Notes under the pieces: generated by a model
Told to the model about the DNA's origin: nothing
Databases searched by the model: none
What the model saw: the letters and a program-made list of their open reading frames with translations, nothing else
Translations under genes and position numbers: made by a program
Origin: Eledone cirrhosa
Lineage: Eukaryota
Direction: 5' to 3'
NCBI GenBank assembly: GCA_964016885.1
Contig: OZ024746.1
Span: 71,610,001-71,674,000, forward strand
DNA length: 64,000 nucleotides
Shown here: positions 59,612-64,000 of the stretch, in pieces
Position numbering within the stretch: the stretch's first letter is position 1
Layout: the number at the start of each line of letters is the position of its first letter

Positions 59612-60784
59612 CCTAGACTTTCATTAATGACACAAATGACTATCACGTAACTAGCGTGAGAGAAAGAGAAAAAGGAAAAGATAAGATGACACATCTTAAA
59701 TTATAATCGAATAAACTATACAATATTTATCCAACGAAGCTACACCAAGAGGATTGCCTCAGTAGAGATGAAATTATTAATGTTCTACTCCCTGGAGCAA
59801 AGTTGGGAGAGGTGCGCAATGATAAACCTATGAAAGATCCTGGAAGGGTTAGCACAAAACTTGAGAGCTGGTCTAACCCCCGAACAGGTCGCCACTGTGT
59901 AGTGTCAGAAGGTCCCATTCTTCACATCTAGAATAAAGACCAGTTACTGCAATACCCTGAGGTTCAAAATCACCCAGTTTTTTTTATTAAGCAGACAAAA
60001 ATCAGAGAGTTCTGTTTGGTGTGCATGTAGGTGTTTTCAAGAAATACATTGACATTCGACATTCGTTAATCATGATCCCAGATGAAACCACAGCACGAGG
60101 TCAAACATAATGAAAGCCGGCAGCAATAAACTCCCTTTCACATCAATGCCCAACCAAGGAAGACTAGCTATAGAAAGTGTAGCGTCAATGACAGTGCCTC
60201 AGCATGGGTTTAGCCAGTCAGCTGGAACATATAATAGAGTATATAAGATATCAGAAATTCTATATGCACATATGGTTAAAGTATATATGTTCATTTACAG
60301 TAATTGTTTAGGCAATGAGATAGTAGCATAGTCATCATAGTCATCATCAGGCATTTGTCCCATGGACATTAAAGATCAGTAAAGATCTTGCTAGCGTGAA
60401 GATTCTGCTGCTATTGGAGTTGTGTATCACGTGCGGGTATCACATGGTTTAGTGGAATGTAGGTCTTCCGATATTTTCTACGCAATTCTGTTCAGTTTGA
60501 ATATATAACAAAATATTTTCAGACTTAGAACACTCTACTAGGTTTAGGAGCAAAAGAAATCTATAAATAGGAGTGAATATACATTTGGAATTTATCGATG
60601 TCATATTTACGCGAAAGTAAGAGTTATCGATTTATCTGAGTCAACTCGATCAACAAATGAATTTGTTGTTTCATAGTGGCAATTAATTATTCTATTTTGA
60701 AAGAAGGGCTGTGAATAAAAGACATAGACATACATACATACACACAAACAGACAGCCATATACATATATACGTACACACATACA

Positions 60785-61082
<298 letters not shown>

Positions 61083-61461
61083 ATATATATGTATGTGTAT
61101 ATATATATATATATATATTGGCAACCATCGAGTATGGTTATCAGCTTCAGTCCTGTAAGTGTTACCAACGAATCTAGCCATTCACATCATTCAAAGATCA
61201 TATGTTATCGAATGATGCTTGTGTGGAAGCTTTTTATAGTGAGGAAAGGTCCTGCACTAGACCAATCCCATTCACTGGACAGCAATAGCTATAATCAGAC
61301 AAGAAGACATCAGTGTTTACCTCTCCTGGAGGGATATTCTAACGAGTATAAGGGGTCTCTCACTCACAATGGGTTTGCTGTGCACTGAGACTTCTAACTG
61401 AGCATTTCTATGTCTCTGCGCATATATTTCACTATATCCTGCGCATATATTCACTATATCA

Positions 61462-61643
61462 GCGGTGGATTGGCAGTATCGGTAGAGGGTCGGACACCAT
61501 GCTTTGTAGCATAGAGTTATGGCCCTTTACGGTCTGACTTCAAATCCCGCCGAGGTTAACTTTGCCTTTCGTCCTTACGGGGGTCGATAAAATAAAGCAC
61601 CACTGGAATAATTGCTGACCTTGTACCAAAAATAGAAACAATT
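61462..61643 (+). mobile_element. S1 SINE, followed by a diverged relative at ~61655-61860
   Basis: Match to S1 consensus. Confidence 0.88.
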
Positions 61644-62001
61644 ATAGTTCAAAGCAGTGAGTTGGTAGTATCGGTAGAGCGTCGGACAAAATGCTTTACG
61701 ATATTTAGTTACGACTTTCTACGTTCTGAGTTCAAATCCCGCCAAAGTAAACTTTACCTTTCATCATTCCCCGGTCGAGAAAATAAAGTACCTGTTAAAT
61801 ACGAGGTCGAGATAATCGATATTCACCCTTGCCCTAAATGTTCGAATGTGTGCCAATGTTCGAAAAAATTGTATACTCACTAAGTCAATCTCGGTCTACC
61901 TTAACCAATGTGTCATTTCTTGTATTAGGAAGGTGACATTTTGATTTGACACAAATTTGGTTATTTCTTACTCGTCATTGTGTAGATTTGCCGAATGACT
62001 G

Positions 62002-63152
62002 ATTGTTGTTGTTGTTGTTGTAGTTATAGTTGTTACTATAGATCCTGTTGTTGTTGTTGTTGTTGTTGTTGTAGTTATAGTTGTTACTATAGATCCTGTT
62101 GTTGTTGTTGTTGTTGTTGTAGTTATAGTTGTTACTATAGATCCTGTTGTTATTGTAGTTATAGTTGTTACTATAGATCCTGTTGTTGTTGTTGTTGTTG
62201 TTGTAGTTATAGTTGTTACTATAGATCCTGTTGTTGTTGTTGTTGTTGTTGTAGTTATAGTTGTCACTATAGATCCTGTTGTTGTTGTTGTTGTAGTTAT
62301 AGTTGTTACTATAGATCCTGTTGTTGTTGTTGTTGTTGTTGTTGTTGTAGTTATAGTTGTCACTATAGATCCTGTTGTTGTTGTTGTTGTTGTAGTTATA
62401 GTTGTCACTATAGATCCTGTTGTTGTTGTTGTTGTTGTAGTTATAGTTGTTACTATAGATCCTGTTGTTATTGTAGTTATAGTTGTTATTATAGATCCTG
62501 TTGTTGTTGTTGTTGTTGTAGTTATAGTTGTTACTATAGATCCTGTTGTTATTGTAGTTATAGTTGTTACTATAGATCCTGTTGTTGTTGTTGTTGTTGT
62601 TGTAGTTATAGTTGTTACTATAGATCCTGTTGTTGTTGTTGTTGTTGTTGTTGTAGTTATAGTTGTCACTATAAATCCTGTTGTTGTTGTTGTTGTTGTA
62701 GTTATAGTTGTCACTATAGATCCTGTTGTTGTTGTTGTTGTTGTAGTTATAGTTGTTACTATAGATCCTGTTGTTATTGTAGTTATAGTTGTTACTATAG
62801 ATCCTGTTGTTGTTGTTGTTGTTGTTGTAGTTATAGTTGTTACTATAGATCCTGTTGTTATTGTAGTTATAGTTGTTACTATAGATCCTGTTGTTGTTGT
62901 TGTTGTTGTAGTTATAGTTATTACTATAGATCCTGTTGTTGTTGTTGTTGTTGTTGTAGTTATAGTTGTCACTATAGATCCTGTTGTTGTTGTTGTTGTT
63001 GTAGTTATAGTTGTTACTATAGATCCTGTTGTTATTGTAGTTATAGTTGTTACTATAGATCCTGTTGTTGTTGTTGTTGTTGTAGTTATAGTTGTTACTA
63101 TAGATCCTGTTGTTGTTGTTGTTGTTGTAGTTATAGTTGTTACTATAGATCC

Positions 63153-63192
<40 letters not shown>

Positions 63193-63515
63193 ATAGTTGT
63201 TACTATAGATCCTGTTGTTGTTGTTGTTGTTGTTGTAGTTATAGTTGTTACTATAGATCCTGTTGTTATTGTTGTTGTTGTTGTTGTTGTTATAGTTGTT
63301 ACTATAGATCCTGTTTTGTTGTTGTTGTAGTTATAGTTGTTACTATAGATCCTGTTGTTGTTGTTGTTGTAGTTATAGTTATTACTATAGATCCTGTTGT
63401 TGTTGTTGCTGTTATAGTTGTCACTATAGATCATGTTGTTGTTGCTGTTGTTGTTGTTGTTGTTGTAGTTATAGTTGTTACTATAGATCCTGTTGTTGTT
63501 GTTGTTGTAGCTATA
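62002..63515. repeat. Minisatellite: constant TAGTTATAGTTGTTACTATAGATCCTG core separated by variable (TTG)n
   Basis: Direct reading; ~30 units; decays into (TTG)/(CTG) repeats to the window end. Confidence 0.95.
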
Positions 63516-63829
63516 AATGTTAATAAAGATCTTGTTGTTACTGGTGATGTTCCTATAGTTGCTGATTCTGCTGTTGTTGTTGTTGTTGCTGTTGTTGATA
63601 TTGTAGCTATGGTAGTTACTATAGATCTTGTTGCTGTTGTTGTTGTTGTTGTTGCTGTTGTTGTTGTTGTTGTTGATATTGTAGCTATGGTAGTTACTAT
63701 AGATCTTGTTGCTGTTGTTGTTGTTGCTGTTGCTGTTGCTGTTGTTGTTGTTGTTGTTGTTGTTGTTGCTGTTGTTGTTGTTGTTGCTGTTGTTGTTGTT
63801 GTTGTTGATGCTGTTGTTGTTGTTGATGC

Positions 63830-63866
<37 letters not shown>

Positions 63867-64000
63867 GCTGTTGATGCTGTTGTTGTTGATGCTGTTGTTG
63901 TTGTTGTTGTTGATATTGTAGCTATGGTAGTTACTATAGATCTTGCTGCTGCTGTTGTTGTTGTTTCTGTTGTTGCTGTTGCTGCTGTTGCTGTTGTTGT

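Noticed and set aside
62002-63515. CRISPR-like repeat-spacer array
   Set aside because: Spacers are only (TTG)n length variants, the context is eukaryotic and there are no cas genes

Overview
Repeat-saturated, AT-rich metazoan DNA, most likely a coleoid cephalopod (octopus-like; inferred from the SINE types and extreme microsatellite load). No intact host gene is evident and most long ORFs are translated simple repeats. Real coding remnants are retroelements: a Neptune-type Penelope-like element (PLE; RT + GIY-YIG, 6.9-9.0 kb), a Naiad-type PLE fragment, two tandem R4/Dong LINEs in (TAA)n, and RTE and CR1-like fragments. There is also a DNA-transposase relic and a Myb/SANT relic. Many tRNA-derived SINEs and several mini/satellites (74, 38, 22 bp) are present. 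The main hidden structure is about 10 complete type-I hammerhead ribozyme (HHR) motifs plus many broken ones, from at least 8 distinct sequence families. Most lie in short non-coding fold-back elements embedded in (TA)n tracts, with ribozyme strands pointing outward from the centre and fold points often inside the ribozyme itself.
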